Part shown: positions 10,008 through 19,877 of the stretch, piece by piece | Position numbering within the stretch: the first letter of the stretch is position 1 | How the letters are laid out: every line of letters starts with the position of its first letter | Origin: Methanobacteriota archaeon | Lineage (GTDB): Archaea; Thermoplasmatota; Thermoplasmata; Methanomassiliicoccales; UBA472 | Reading direction: 5' to 3' | Assembly: GCA_012729095.1 (NCBI GenBank) | Contig: JAAYDU010000061.1 | Span: forward strand, 11,779-75,778 | Length of the DNA stretch: 64,000 nt | Notes under the pieces: generated by a model | What the model was told of the DNA's origin: nothing | Database searches by the model: none | Seen by the model: only the letters and a program-made list of their open reading frames with translations | Program-made: the position numbers and the translations under genes

Positions 10008-10385
10008 ATGCCGATTCTAAAGAAACCGCTGGGAAAGGGGAAGGAAGATGTCAAGAGCGTGGAGACCGACCAGTACATCGATCTTGGCGCCCTGTACTTC
10101 CAGGAGGAGAGCACCGTCTCCGCCGGGGGCATCAAGGTGGCCGAGATATACCGCTACGAGGACGTGGGTCCTATAACCCAGCCGGTGTATCAGGGCAACA
10201 TACTCATGATCGACTATTCCCCGATAGCCAATGACCAGAATACCTTGAAGCGCATAACGAACGAGCTGAAGTCGGTGGCCAGGGATACCAACGGGGACGT
10301 GGCCGCCATTGGCAACAACTTCATCGTGGTGGCGCCGAACGGCATCCGCATCGACCGGAAGAAGATAAAGGGCGGCTACCAGTAG
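10008..10385 (+). CDS. sepF: Cell division protein SepF (archaeal type)
   Basis: YIDL...GNILMID...GDVAAIG...VAPNGIRIDR. Confidence 0.85.
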   Translation: MPILKKPLGKGKEDVKSVETDQYIDLGALYFQEESTVSAGGIKVAEIYRYEDVGPITQPVYQGNILMIDYSPIANDQNTLKRITNELKSVARDTNGDVAAIGNNFIVVAPNGIRIDRKKIKGGYQ

Positions 10386-10425
10386 ACCCCAGGCCCCCTC
10401 CCGGGGCCCCAGCTCATTTTTTCCC

Positions 10426-11742
10426 ATGTCCGTGCAGAAGATAATACACGACAGCGTACATGGCAGCGTCAGGGTGGACGGCGCTTTCCTGGAGCTTTTG
10501 CACCGTCCGGAGATGCAGCGGCTGCACGGGGTGAAGCAGCTCGGCCTGGCACATCTCGTTTTCCCGGGCGCCAACCACACCCGGTTCGAGCACTCCCTGG
10601 GCACCTATCACGTGGCCGATCTCATGTGCTCCGCGCTAGAGCTCGACAGGGAGGACCGCGACCAGGCTCTGGCCTCGGCTCTGCTGCACGACCTGGGGCA
10701 CGCCCCCTTCTCCCACACGCTCGAGGAAGTGCTTGAGAACCGGTTCTCCATGGACCACATGGAAATCGGGGCTTCCCTTGTCGACGGTCGAAGGAGCGTA
10801 CTGCGGCCGGGGGAGGAGGACCTCATCGGTTGCAGGGAGACCATAGCCGAGCTGCTGGAGCGGCACGGCATTTCGGCCGAGGCGGTCTCCGACATAATCG
10901 TCTCGCCGGGACACAAGTCCCGCCGCGGGCAGCGCATGATAACCGAGACGAGCGGGCAATCGCACTTCAATTCCCACGATCACCTGAACCAGATGCTGCA
11001 CGGTCCGGTGGACGCCGATCAGATGGACTATCTTCTGCGCGACTCCCACTATACGGGCGTGGCCCACGGCACCATCGATATAGACCGCATCATACACACC
11101 ATCGCGCTGCATCATGGCGACATCGTCGTTAAAAAGAACGGCATGGTGGCCGCCGAGGGCCTGATGGTGGCCCGCGCCCTCATGTACACCTCAGTATACT
11201 TCCACAAGACCGTGCGCATAGCCGAGATGATGCTGTGCAAGGCGGTGGAGGCGGCGGACGATTCCATAGCCGACGGGCTGCAGATGGAGAACGACGCCTC
11301 GCTCATCGAAAGGCTGGTGGCGCAGGGCGGCCGTCCCCGTAGGATAGTCACCCTGCTGCGATATCGCCACCTTTACAAGCGCGCCTTCTCCGTTTACGTT
11401 CCGGACATGGGCGATGAGGACGCCGAAAGGCTGCTGCCCATCACCGAGTACCGCCGCCGAAAGTCCGCCGAGGCCATGATCGCCGACCGGGCGGGGGTGG
11501 ACACATCCGAGGTGATCCTTGACGTCCCATCCAAGCAGCTCATCACCGGGGAGATGCGCCTGGGCAAGACGGAGGTGCCCATACTGAACGGGGAAAAGGT
11601 GAGGCCCCTGACCCGGCTCAGCCCGGTCAGCAAGGCCCTGCAGTCCCGGGGGGTGCACGACTGGGCGGTCATGGTGTCCTGTCCCGAACGACACGTGGAA
11701 AGGGTGGAGAAGGCCGCCATAAGGACCTTGGGCGACCTCTAG
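10426..11742 (+). CDS. HD-domain phosphohydrolase (SAMHD1/YdhJ-like)
   Basis: IHDSVHG, QRLHGVKQLG, HTRFEHSLG, LLHDLGHAPFSH, DADQMDYLLRD. Confidence 0.92.
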   Translation: MSVQKIIHDSVHGSVRVDGAFLELLHRPEMQRLHGVKQLGLAHLVFPGANHTRFEHSLGTYHVADLMCSALELDREDRDQALASALLHDLGHAPFSHTLEEVLENRFSMDHMEIGASLVDGRRSVLRPGEEDLIGCRETIAELLERHGISAEAVSDIIVSPGHKSRRGQRMITETSGQSHFNSHDHLNQMLHGPVDADQMDYLLRDSHYTGVAHGTIDIDRIIHTIALHHGDIVVKKNGMVAAEGLMVARALMYTSVYFHKTVRIAEMMLCKAVEAADDSIADGLQMENDASLIERLVAQGGRPRRIVTLLRYRHLYKRAFSVYVPDMGDEDAERLLPITEYRRRKSAEAMIADRAGVDTSEVILDVPSKQLITGEMRLGKTEVPILNGEKVRPLTRLSPVSKALQSRGVHDWAVMVSCPERHVERVEKAAIRTLGDL

Positions 11743-13193
11743 CCCTTCATGACCCCGATGGGCGTGAGCTTGGCCACAGGCCGGGAGAGCCCTGCGCCGA
11801 CCACTACCCTGATCACGTCGTCTATGTCCTTGTAGGCACCCGGAGCCTCCTCTTGAATGCCGTCCCTGGTGCTTCCCTTGAGGTATATCCCCTTGGATTC
11901 CATCTCGCTCGTTATGGACCTGACGGAATAGGTGCGTATGGCCGCCTCCCTCGACATGGTCCGGCCGGCGCCGTGGCAGGTGGACCCGAACGACTCCTGC
12001 ATGGCGCGCTCCGTGCCGACCAGTACGTACGAGCCTGTACCCATGTCCCCCGGTATCAGCACCGGCTGCCCCACCGGACGGTATATGGACGGAACGTCCG
12101 GGTGCCCGGCCGGGAATGCCCTTGTCGCGCCCTTCCGATGCACGTACACCTTGCGGCGCCTACCCTCGTAGCTATGCTCCTCGACCTTGGCGATGTTGTG
12201 CGCAACGTCGTAGACCAGGTCCATACCCATGTCCTCGGCGCTGCGGCCGAACACTTTCTCGAAGGACTGGCGGACCCGATGCATTATCATCTGCCGGTTG
12301 GCCCAAGCGTAGTTGGCCCCGCAGGCCATGGCCGCGTGATAGTCCTGCCCCTCCTTGGAGTTCACCGGGGCGCAGGCAAGTTGCCGGTCCGGCAAGCGGA
12401 TGTTGCGGTCCTTGACCGACCTCTCCATTACCTGCAGGTAATCCGTGGCGATCTGATGCCCGCAGCCGCGGGAGCCGCAATGTATGGACACGGTGACCTG
12501 TCCCTCCTCCACCATCCCGAAGGCCTTGGCGGCCACGGGATCGAATATCCTCTCCACCCTGTCCACCTCAAGGAAGTGGTTGCCGGAACCCAGTGAACCG
12601 ACCTGGGGCACGCCGCGCTGCTTCGCTTTGGCGGAAACCTTGGAGGCGTCGGCGTTCTTCATGCGGCCGTTCTCCTCTGTGCGAACGAGGTCCTCCTCCC
12701 AGCCGAAACCCTCGGACACCGCCCATTCCGCGCCCTCTTCCAGGATACGGTCAATATGGTTCGCCGCCACACCGGTCACGCCTTTGGAGCCCACCCCGGC
12801 CGGCACGTTCTTGAAGAGCGTGTCTATGAGGTCCTTGATCCTCGGCCTCACATCATGGTCGCGCAGGCCAGTGGTGATAAGCCTCACCCCGCAGTTGATG
12901 TCGAAACCGATACCTCCGGGGGAGATCACCCCCTCCTCGGCGTCCATTGCCGCCACGCCGCCGATGGGGAAACCGTATCCCCAGTGTATGTCGGGCATGG
13001 CCATGGAGCTTCCGACGATCCCGGGCAGGCAGGCCACGTTGGCGGCCTGTTCCGGCGAGTTGTCGGAGATGATCGCCTTTATCATCCTCTCGTCCGCGAA
13101 TATGATCGCGTCCCCCTTCATGCACTCCTTGTAGGAGCGGGGGATCCTCCAGCGAAAATCGTCAACCTTTTCCAGCGGACCGTTCCAGCTCAT
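11739..13193 (-). CDS. rtcB: RNA-splicing ligase RtcB
   Basis: MPDIHWGYGFPIGG, DINCGVR, GSGNHFLE, HGAGR, EEAPGAYK; start placed at MSWNG. Confidence 0.96.
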   Translation of the reverse strand: MSWNGPLEKVDDFRWRIPRSYKECMKGDAIIFADERMIKAIISDNSPEQAANVACLPGIVGSSMAMPDIHWGYGFPIGGVAAMDAEEGVISPGGIGFDINCGVRLITTGLRDHDVRPRIKDLIDTLFKNVPAGVGSKGVTGVAANHIDRILEEGAEWAVSEGFGWEEDLVRTEENGRMKNADASKVSAKAKQRGVPQVGSLGSGNHFLEVDRVERIFDPVAAKAFGMVEEGQVTVSIHCGSRGCGHQIATDYLQVMERSVKDRNIRLPDRQLACAPVNSKEGQDYHAAMACGANYAWANRQMIMHRVRQSFEKVFGRSAEDMGMDLVYDVAHNIAKVEEHSYEGRRRKVYVHRKGATRAFPAGHPDVPSIYRPVGQPVLIPGDMGTGSYVLVGTERAMQESFGSTCHGAGRTMSREAAIRTYSVRSITSEMESKGIYLKGSTRDGIQEEAPGAYKDIDDVIRVVVGAGLSRPVAKLTPIGVMKG

Positions 13194-13319
13194 TTCTTCA
13201 ACCTCGGACAAAAACCCATGCAGCTTCCCTGATTTATAGGAAACCCCCAGGTTCGTTCCTTCAGGTGATAACCGGCGAACACCATTAATAGCCGTTCCTA
13301 GCATAGATGCAAAAAGTCC

Positions 13320-14483
13320 ATGGTCGAGCTAAGCCCACTGGCGCCCGCCTTCATTGTTCTGGCCCTGTCCAAGGTCACCCTCGGGTCCTACGTGCTCATG
13401 AAGGGGCGACTATCGCCGGTCAACCGCTACTTCTTCCTGCTCACCCTTCTGGCGGGTGCGGGCAGCGTGCTGGACCTGATGGTGGCCAGCCTCGGTTCCG
13501 AAAGGCAGGCCGCCCTGGCCTTCCGGGTGCTGGTGTTCATGCTCATCATCGAGATGGGCGTGGCCTATCGCCTGAGCACCATGGTGCCCCACACCGTGGC
13601 CATGCCCCTGTTCGGCAGCAAACGGTGGGCTTACGAGGCAAGCGTCACGTCAGTGGCCCTGGCCATGTCGCTGTCCGTAGGGGGCATGGTGAGCGACCAG
13701 TATGGATGGGTGCCGGATAGCGAACTGCCCTTCGCCGCGTTGACCGTTCTTCTCATCGCATACCTGGCGCTGCTGCTCACCACCCTGCATCGCAGATGGG
13801 GCGGTCTGAAGGGTCTCTTGAAGCGGCAGGCGGTACTGTTCACCTGCGCCCTGGCCGTTCCGGCCGTGGTGATGATCGGAACCATGGCCCTTTCCACGGC
13901 CGGTTTCCCCCGCATCCACGGTCTCGGAGAGCTGGTCTCCGTGGCGGCGGTGGCCTACGGCATCGTCCGTTACCAGCTGTTCATCCCTCCCCGCGTGAAC
14001 GAAGAGGTCGTCCTTCACCGTCCGGTCCCCTCTCTCGCAAAGGGCAGGGCATACCTCTTCGAGATGGAGACCCCCGACCGCATGTTCGAATCGGCGGTGC
14101 ACGAGATGAACGGGGGTATGTCCGCTTTCTTCATCGCCAGGACGCACCCCGATCAGCTGCGGGCGAGGTATCGGCTGACGCACACGCCCATAATATGGCT
14201 GGCCACCACGCCCGGTCCTGACCGGGTGAACCCCTCCAACGTGCAGATGCTCATGCACATGACCACCGAGTTCGTGCGCAGGGCCCCCTCCGTCATCGCA
14301 TTGGAGGGCCTGGAATACCTGATGGTGAACAATGACCTGAACCGGGTGCTCAAGTTCCTAGGCCAGCTCCGCGACGAGGTCATCGTGGAAGGCTCGATAC
14401 TGCTGGTGGCCGTGGACGCTCGGACGCTCACGGACAGGCAGAGGGCGATACTGGAGCGGGAGCTGGAAGTGATCAAGGAATGA
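13320..14483 (+). CDS. 7TM membrane protein with C-terminal DUF835 domain
   Basis: Seven hydrophobic segments, then ARTHPDQL, IIWL, VIALEGLEYLMVNN. Confidence 0.8.
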   Translation: MVELSPLAPAFIVLALSKVTLGSYVLMKGRLSPVNRYFFLLTLLAGAGSVLDLMVASLGSERQAALAFRVLVFMLIIEMGVAYRLSTMVPHTVAMPLFGSKRWAYEASVTSVALAMSLSVGGMVSDQYGWVPDSELPFAALTVLLIAYLALLLTTLHRRWGGLKGLLKRQAVLFTCALAVPAVVMIGTMALSTAGFPRIHGLGELVSVAAVAYGIVRYQLFIPPRVNEEVVLHRPVPSLAKGRAYLFEMETPDRMFESAVHEMNGGMSAFFIARTHPDQLRARYRLTHTPIIWLATTPGPDRVNPSNVQMLMHMTTEFVRRAPSVIALEGLEYLMVNNDLNRVLKFLGQLRDEVIVEGSILLVAVDARTLTDRQRAILERELEVIKE

Positions 14484-14489
14484 AAAAGG

Positions 14490-14564
14490 GGCCGAGACCG
14501 CGATTTGAACGCGAGTCCGGGGATCCACAATCCCCAAGGATAACCAGGCTACCCCATCCCGGCC
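14490..14564 (-). tRNA. tRNA-His(GUG) with genomically encoded G-1, CCA not encoded
   Basis: Reverse complement G-GCCGGGATGGGGTAGCCTGGTTATCCTTGGGGATTGTGGATCCCCGGACTCGCGTTCAAATCGCGGTCTCGGCC forms a cloverleaf; anticodon GTG; discriminator C. Confidence 0.96.
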
Positions 14565-14611
14565 ATGTTGAAGCTTCAGCAATGCATCAAGCTTAATAAA
14601 TATTCGCCCGC

Positions 14612-15184
14612 TCACTCGAAGGGGAACACCGAGTACAGGATGGCGAACTTCGGCCCCCCATCATCGGCGTGCTTGTCCGCGAGCTCCTTGAGACGGTCAT
14701 CCAGTTCGGATATCAGCGCCTCCGCTTCCTGGGCGGAGGATTCGTTGACAGGCAGGACGACGTAGTTGGCCCCGAACGGATAGTTGGGGCGGTCGGAGAC
14801 GTTCACGAAGTACTCCTTCCTCTCGTCCATGGTCCTTATGCCGCGGTTCAGTATGCCCTTGATGGCTCCCAGGGCGGCGAACACTATGTTCAATCGCTCG
14901 GCTATGTCCACAGAGCTGACCCCCGCGGCGTCCCCCATTATGCCCGGCTCGAACGCCGAGCGGTAGTACTTCTCCACCAGGTTCCCCACCAGCTCGGTGC
15001 GCGTCGGGACTATCAGATCCGCCTCCAGAAGCTTCTTCAGATGGTACTGGGCGTTCTGCACGCTCAATCCAAGTATGTCCGATATGGCGGTGGTGGTCAT
15101 CTCTCTTATGGCTAGCAAGGACAGTATGGCCAGACGGTTCGGGTCCGACAGCACCTTGATCTGTTCAACACCTATCTCGGTCAT
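14612..15184 (-). CDS. ArsR-family transcriptional regulator
   Basis: IKVLSDPNRLAILSLL...NAQYHLKKLLEADLI...EKYY. Confidence 0.88.
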   Translation of the reverse strand: MTEIGVEQIKVLSDPNRLAILSLLAIREMTTTAISDILGLSVQNAQYHLKKLLEADLIVPTRTELVGNLVEKYYRSAFEPGIMGDAAGVSSVDIAERLNIVFAALGAIKGILNRGIRTMDERKEYFVNVSDRPNYPFGANYVVLPVNESSAQEAEALISELDDRLKELADKHADDGGPKFAILYSVFPFE

Positions 15185-15228
15185 TTGGCACCACTAAAAT
15201 CATTTTTTAACGTTTCAGTAGCAAGATA

Positions 15229-15252
15229 ATGATTAAATATTATTTCAATCAT
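15229..15252. promoter_or_regulatory. Imperfect inverted repeat ATGATTAAATATTATTTCAATCAT; candidate ArsR operator in divergent promoter
   Basis: AT-rich palindrome about 45 bp upstream of the ArsR start. Confidence 0.5.
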
Positions 15253-15302
15253 CGTTCAAATGCGATTATACCGATATGAATTGGTTAAAAGAGGTGATGC
15301 AA

Positions 15303-15371
15303 GTGAAGAAGTACCAAGTCCAGCCTAGCTTTGTGATAGTCAACGGGAACATATTTTTCCTCCGGGCGTAA
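15303..15371 (+). CDS. Putative 22-aa peptide (MKKYQVQPSFVIVNGNIFFLRA)
   Basis: RBS GAGGTGA at 15291-15297, GTG start (in-frame ATG at 15297 possible), TAA stop, T-rich tract after. Confidence 0.5.
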   Translation: MKKYQVQPSFVIVNGNIFFLRA

Positions 15372-15462
15372 GTCCCGCTGCCGCTGACCAACTGTCCTTT
15401 TTCCTATTCTTTGCAAATCTCCAGGCGATAGTAATTAATGGTCCGCCCTCAATCAAGGGCGG

Positions 15463-16263
15463 ATGCGGGAAAAGGCCGGGCTGCTGCTTCCGATATTCAT
15501 CATAGCCGTAGCCGAGGCGTTCTATTTCGACGGATGGACCGAATCCTGCCTTGCCCTGCACGCCCTGAACATATTCATCTGCATACTCCTGCCGATATGG
15601 GCGGAGAAGCGAATGCTCATCTACCAATCCTTCGCACTGGTCTCCCTTCTGCGCACGCTCAACATCGGAATGCCGGTGTTCTTCACCGAGACCCTGCTGT
15701 GGATGCCCTTCGTGTACGCCCCAATCATCGTGGCCGGTTACATCATCTGGAGGCAGACGGTGGTGGATGCCGGCAAGCTCCACTGGCGCAACATAATCCG
15801 CTTCCTCAACGGACACGGGCTGCGCCCCATCGTGCAATGGAAATGGGAGTACCTGCTCATCGCCATAATATTCGGGTACCTGGCCTCCAACCTGGAATAC
15901 CTGGTACTGGACAACGACGCGCTGGTCAAGGACCTGGGCCCACTGGACCTGTCGAAACTGTTCCTGGTCATGGTGGTGTTCATCGGTTTAGGGGAGGAAC
16001 TGGTGTTCCGCGGGCTGCTGCAGAGCTCGGTGGGATCGCATCACGGCAAGTACGTGGCCGTCGCGGTCTCCGCTCTCTTGTTCTCCATGATGCACTCGGG
16101 ATACCAGAGCGTTCCCTACTTGCTATTCGTTTTCGGCGTGGGGCTGGTGCTGGCGTGCACGTACGAAAGGACGGGCAGCCTGGGCCTCGTCGCCCTGATG
16201 CACGGCATGCTGAACTTCTTCCTGTTCTCCTTCCTGCCGTTCGGATATGGTATGATCCCCTGA
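15463..16263 (+). CDS. CPBP family intramembrane glutamic endopeptidase (CAAX protease/Abi)
   Basis: EELVFRG, FSMMH, HGMLN motifs. Confidence 0.92.
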   Translation: MREKAGLLLPIFIIAVAEAFYFDGWTESCLALHALNIFICILLPIWAEKRMLIYQSFALVSLLRTLNIGMPVFFTETLLWMPFVYAPIIVAGYIIWRQTVVDAGKLHWRNIIRFLNGHGLRPIVQWKWEYLLIAIIFGYLASNLEYLVLDNDALVKDLGPLDLSKLFLVMVVFIGLGEELVFRGLLQSSVGSHHGKYVAVAVSALLFSMMHSGYQSVPYLLFVFGVGLVLACTYERTGSLGLVALMHGMLNFFLFSFLPFGYGMIP

Positions 16264-16470
16264 GGTCGCACTTGATATCGATGCCGAGGCGCAACGCCAT
16301 GCTGGCGCTTGATATATCGCCAGAGTAAGGGATGACAAGACCGGCAGGGGACAATAATCCCCGGCTTTGTTGAATTCGAATCATTCAATTTATCATCGAG
16401 GTCGGAATCCTACAGAACCCCGGCGATAGCAATAACTTCGCCAGGGTCTATATTGAAGAAGGTGCGATTT

Positions 16471-17382
16471 ATGAAACGGGACCTCACTACCATGCTGGAC
16501 ATCCAGGATGACATACTGGACATATTGGAGACGGCCGAGGAGATGAAGAGGAAGAGGGACATGGACTTCCAGCCTCTCAAGGGACAGGTCCTGGCCATGA
16601 TATTCGAGAAATCGTCCACCCGCACCAGGGTCTCCTTCGAGGTCGGCATGATCGAGCTGGGGGGTTTCGCGGTGACGCTGAACACCAAGGACCTGCAGAT
16701 GGGTCGCGGGGAGACGGTGGCGGACACCGCCCGCGTACTCTCGCGTTACGTCGACGGGATCATGTACCGTGCGTACGAGCACGACATGGTAATGGAGCTC
16801 GCGAAGCACGCCACCGTCCCGGTCATAAACGGCCTGGATAACTTCGAGCATCCCTGCCAGATCATGGCAGACCTGCTCACGGTGAAGGAGCGCTTCGGCA
16901 AGTTGAAGGGCATCAAGATGGCATACGTGGGGGACGGCAACAACGTCTGCAACTCCCTGATGCTCGGTTGCGCCATGGTGGGAATGGACCTGGCCTGCGG
17001 CTGCCCCGCCGGATACGAGCCGGACCCCGGGGTGACCAAGACCGCCAAGGCCATAGCCAAGAGGAACTGCTGCAAGCTCTCCATCGTGGAATCGCCCAAG
17101 GAAGCGGCCAAGGACGCTGACGTCGTTTACACGGACGTATGGGTGTCAATGGGTCAGGAGGAGGAGCAGAAGCTGAGGCAGAATGTCTTCAAGCCCTACC
17201 AGGTCAACGCCGGCCTGATGTCCGTGGCGCACGAGAACGCCATAGTGATGCACTGCCTCCCGGCGCATCGGGGCATGGAGATAACGGACGAGGTGATCGA
17301 CAGCGAGGCGTCGGTAGTGCTGGACCAGGCGGAGAACCGCCTGCACGCGCAGAAGGCCATCATGGTCGCTCTGATGGGGTGA
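16471..17382 (+). CDS. argF: Ornithine carbamoyltransferase
   Basis: SSTRTRVSF, HPCQ, DVWVSMG, HCLP, QAENR. Confidence 0.96.
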   Translation: MKRDLTTMLDIQDDILDILETAEEMKRKRDMDFQPLKGQVLAMIFEKSSTRTRVSFEVGMIELGGFAVTLNTKDLQMGRGETVADTARVLSRYVDGIMYRAYEHDMVMELAKHATVPVINGLDNFEHPCQIMADLLTVKERFGKLKGIKMAYVGDGNNVCNSLMLGCAMVGMDLACGCPAGYEPDPGVTKTAKAIAKRNCCKLSIVESPKEAAKDADVVYTDVWVSMGQEEEQKLRQNVFKPYQVNAGLMSVAHENAIVMHCLPAHRGMEITDEVIDSEASVVLDQAENRLHAQKAIMVALMG

Positions 17383-19021
17383 ACCGCTCCTTCTGAGCCC
17401 CGATCTCCGCATCCAAGGCATCCAGGAACGCCTTTATCTTCCTCTTTGGGATGGTGGCGCCGGCGGCGACGTTGTGACCCCCGCCCACTCCTTTCACTTT
17501 CAGGGAGGCCTGGTTCATCGCCTCCCCCAGGTGTATCCCCTTATCCACCAGTTCCCGCTTCATTCGCCCGGACACCTTCACGCGTTCTCCGGAAGATCCC
17601 TTGTTATCCTGTGCGAGGTCATCATCTTCCACGGAGTACGGGGACACGTCGGTCAGGGCGATCAGGGGCATATCTTCGCGAACGGAGAAGCGGGCATCGT
17701 CGACCTTCTGCCTCTGGTCCAGGGCCATTCCAACGATTATGCCAAGTATGGTGTCCTCGGCGGTGAGGGTATACTTGAACCTGTTCTTGTTCTCCTTGCT
17801 CTCGATGCGGCCTCTGATGTATTGGACGTGCTTCAGGGCGACTATGGAATGGATCTCTTCCATCCCCTTCTTCAAATTCTCACGATGATTTCCGAGCCTC
17901 GACATCGCGGCGGTGGAGAACGACACCGGGTCCAGGCAGGCCTTGATTATCAGCTCCCCCTGGAAGCCCTCGCTACTATCATTATCGGCCGATCGCTGCT
18001 CGCCGTTCTGCTCCTCAGGCGCGGCTTCGCTCTTGCTGTGAAGGTACCGTCCGGAGGCGTTCAGCATGGTGGCGAACTCTTTGGCCTCCCTGCTGGCCGA
18101 GCCTAGTGGGTACGAAGGGAACAGGTAGACATCCCCCAGCATCCCGTCCAGGATGGCGGGGTCCTTTACCTTGTCATGGAGCATTATCTTGAGCGCGTTG
18201 ATGATATCGCTGTGGTTCTCAACGGTAAGCTCGGACCAGCTGTAGAACTTGCTAAGGTTCTCGTCCTTTATGGACGGGTCGCGTCGACCGCGGTAGGTGG
18301 GCACTCCCTGATCTTTGAACAACTTGCTCACGTCGCTGAACGTGCACTCGCATCCGATGGCCTTCAGATCGTTGGAGAAGGCGATCATGGCCACCGCCGT
18401 CCGGGTGACCCAACCGAAGAAAGGCAGGTCCCTCTCGACCACCTGAAGGACCCCGGTGCCCTTCGCGTCCTCTATCACGGAGGCGTGAAGGGGCCCCCTC
18501 AATCCATTTCGCCTCCTGTCCTGGAGGTCCCCGACAGCGCCCACGATCGCCAGGTAGGCCAGGTCTACGTTCGACGGGTCCAATTCCCTGGCCACGAAAT
18601 AGGTGCATCCCGCCCCGCTAAAATGCGTAGAGCCCTCAAAACCGAACTCCACGGGGTTGAGCATGTTGTCCATCTCCCCGAAGAACTCCAAAAAGGACTG
18701 GCCGCTCCCGAATATATGGTGGTGATCGGTTATGATGCAGCGGGACCGGTCGATCGATCTGTACGATCCCGCCCCCAGATCGCAGATCCACACCAGGTCC
18801 TCCTTGCAGGAGTTTATAAGATCGACGTCCCTCTGGCCAAGGGATCTCAGGAAATGGACCTTGGGGGCCAGTCCAAGCCTTTCCACTGCGCGGTAGGCGA
18901 TAGCCGCGGAAGAGACGCCATCCGCATCGATATGCGAGAAAATCGCTACTGACCCGGCCTTCCTGACGCGGGCGGCAAGTGTCTTCGCCCTTTCCACGAA
19001 GGCCTCATAGTCCCCGGTCAT
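17360..19021 (-). CDS. DHH/DHHA1 phosphoesterase (archaeal RecJ-like)
   Basis: HIDADG, CDLG, TDHH, VSGR, GGGHNVAAG; ATGA overlap with upstream gene. Confidence 0.88.
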   Translation of the reverse strand: MTGDYEAFVERAKTLAARVRKAGSVAIFSHIDADGVSSAAIAYRAVERLGLAPKVHFLRSLGQRDVDLINSCKEDLVWICDLGAGSYRSIDRSRCIITDHHHIFGSGQSFLEFFGEMDNMLNPVEFGFEGSTHFSGAGCTYFVARELDPSNVDLAYLAIVGAVGDLQDRRRNGLRGPLHASVIEDAKGTGVLQVVERDLPFFGWVTRTAVAMIAFSNDLKAIGCECTFSDVSKLFKDQGVPTYRGRRDPSIKDENLSKFYSWSELTVENHSDIINALKIMLHDKVKDPAILDGMLGDVYLFPSYPLGSASREAKEFATMLNASGRYLHSKSEAAPEEQNGEQRSADNDSSEGFQGELIIKACLDPVSFSTAAMSRLGNHRENLKKGMEEIHSIVALKHVQYIRGRIESKENKNRFKYTLTAEDTILGIIVGMALDQRQKVDDARFSVREDMPLIALTDVSPYSVEDDDLAQDNKGSSGERVKVSGRMKRELVDKGIHLGEAMNQASLKVKGVGGGHNVAAGATIPKRKIKAFLDALDAEIGAQKERFTPSERP

Positions 19022-19782
19022 CTGACGCACCCCGCGAGGGACCTTTCCTCAAGCCTCCTATAAACGACCTCCGCCAGCGGCTCGAGGTTCCTGGTGTCCT
19101 CCTGGTTGTAGCGGCGCAACAGGTTCAGAGCGTTCTCGCTGCCCTTCTTCAGCCACAGGTGCCAGAGGTACACCGCCTCCTCCCCGGTAACGTACTCCAC
19201 CTCCTGAGGGCGACGGTGACCTATGAGCACCTCCACTTGCTTCAGCCCGCCGCGCAGCCCGACCTTTGGGCAGGCGTGCCGGAGGTCGTAATGCGGGACC
19301 TTGGGGACGGCGAAGGGAAACTCCTTCTCTATCATCGGCAGGTCGAAGGAGCTGCCATTGAAGGTGACCAGCATCTTCGTTCCGGACAGCGCCTTGCCAA
19401 GGCCTTCGGCGTTCAGGTCTATCCCCCTCGTAAGCGTGGTCATGCCTCCCGGACGGTAAACGGATACCATGGTGATGACCGTCCCCGGCCCCAGTCCGTC
19501 GGTCTCTATGTCCAGGTAGGCGGTGTCCTCCTTGAGGCGGCGGTACATGCGCCAATGCTGACCGCTGGGCAGAAGCCGGGTGAAGTACTCGGTGCGCCCC
19601 CGGTCCCAGAGGTCCTTGGCCGTCCCCAGCTCTCGGTCGAGCGCGTCCTTCCTCCTCTCGGATATGCCGTCAAGGCGCCTTCTCTCCATGAACTCCTCCC
19701 AGGAGAGCACCCCAGTGTCCCACAGCCTGCGCTCCTTCACTTGCCCTATGCCTGGCAGAAGCAGGAAGGTGCGCCTTATCAT
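19018..19782 (-). CDS. RNase H-like (YprB/RNase_H_2) exonuclease-domain protein
   Basis: LPGIG, AYLDIETDG, VTFNGSSFDLP, GGLKQVE, YNQED. Confidence 0.88.
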   Translation of the reverse strand: MIRRTFLLLPGIGQVKERRLWDTGVLSWEEFMERRRLDGISERRKDALDRELGTAKDLWDRGRTEYFTRLLPSGQHWRMYRRLKEDTAYLDIETDGLGPGTVITMVSVYRPGGMTTLTRGIDLNAEGLGKALSGTKMLVTFNGSSFDLPMIEKEFPFAVPKVPHYDLRHACPKVGLRGGLKQVEVLIGHRRPQEVEYVTGEEAVYLWHLWLKKGSENALNLLRRYNQEDTRNLEPLAEVVYRRLEERSLAGCVR

Positions 19783-19877
19783 GCCCCTTCCAGAGGGGCG
19801 TCCGTATAATATCCTATCGCCCCCAGCTTCGAAAATGTGCAAGGGATTGATATCCATCCTGCGGCCTTCATGGATGC

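Noticed and set aside
14490-15184. tRNA-His as an integration site
   Set aside because: No integrase, duplicated tRNA 3' end or compositional shift seen.
15438-16328. Long alternative-frame and antisense ORFs (also 24076-25317, 24920-26248, 31768-32997, 38353-39747, 47566-48858, 53355-54701, 60409-61671)
   Set aside because: Shadows of real genes caused by high GC3; no motifs, atypical composition.
16372-16388. TGAAT-N7-ATTCA upstream of argF as an ARG box
   Set aside because: Spacer differs from the bacterial ARG box, single copy, no ArgR in the window.
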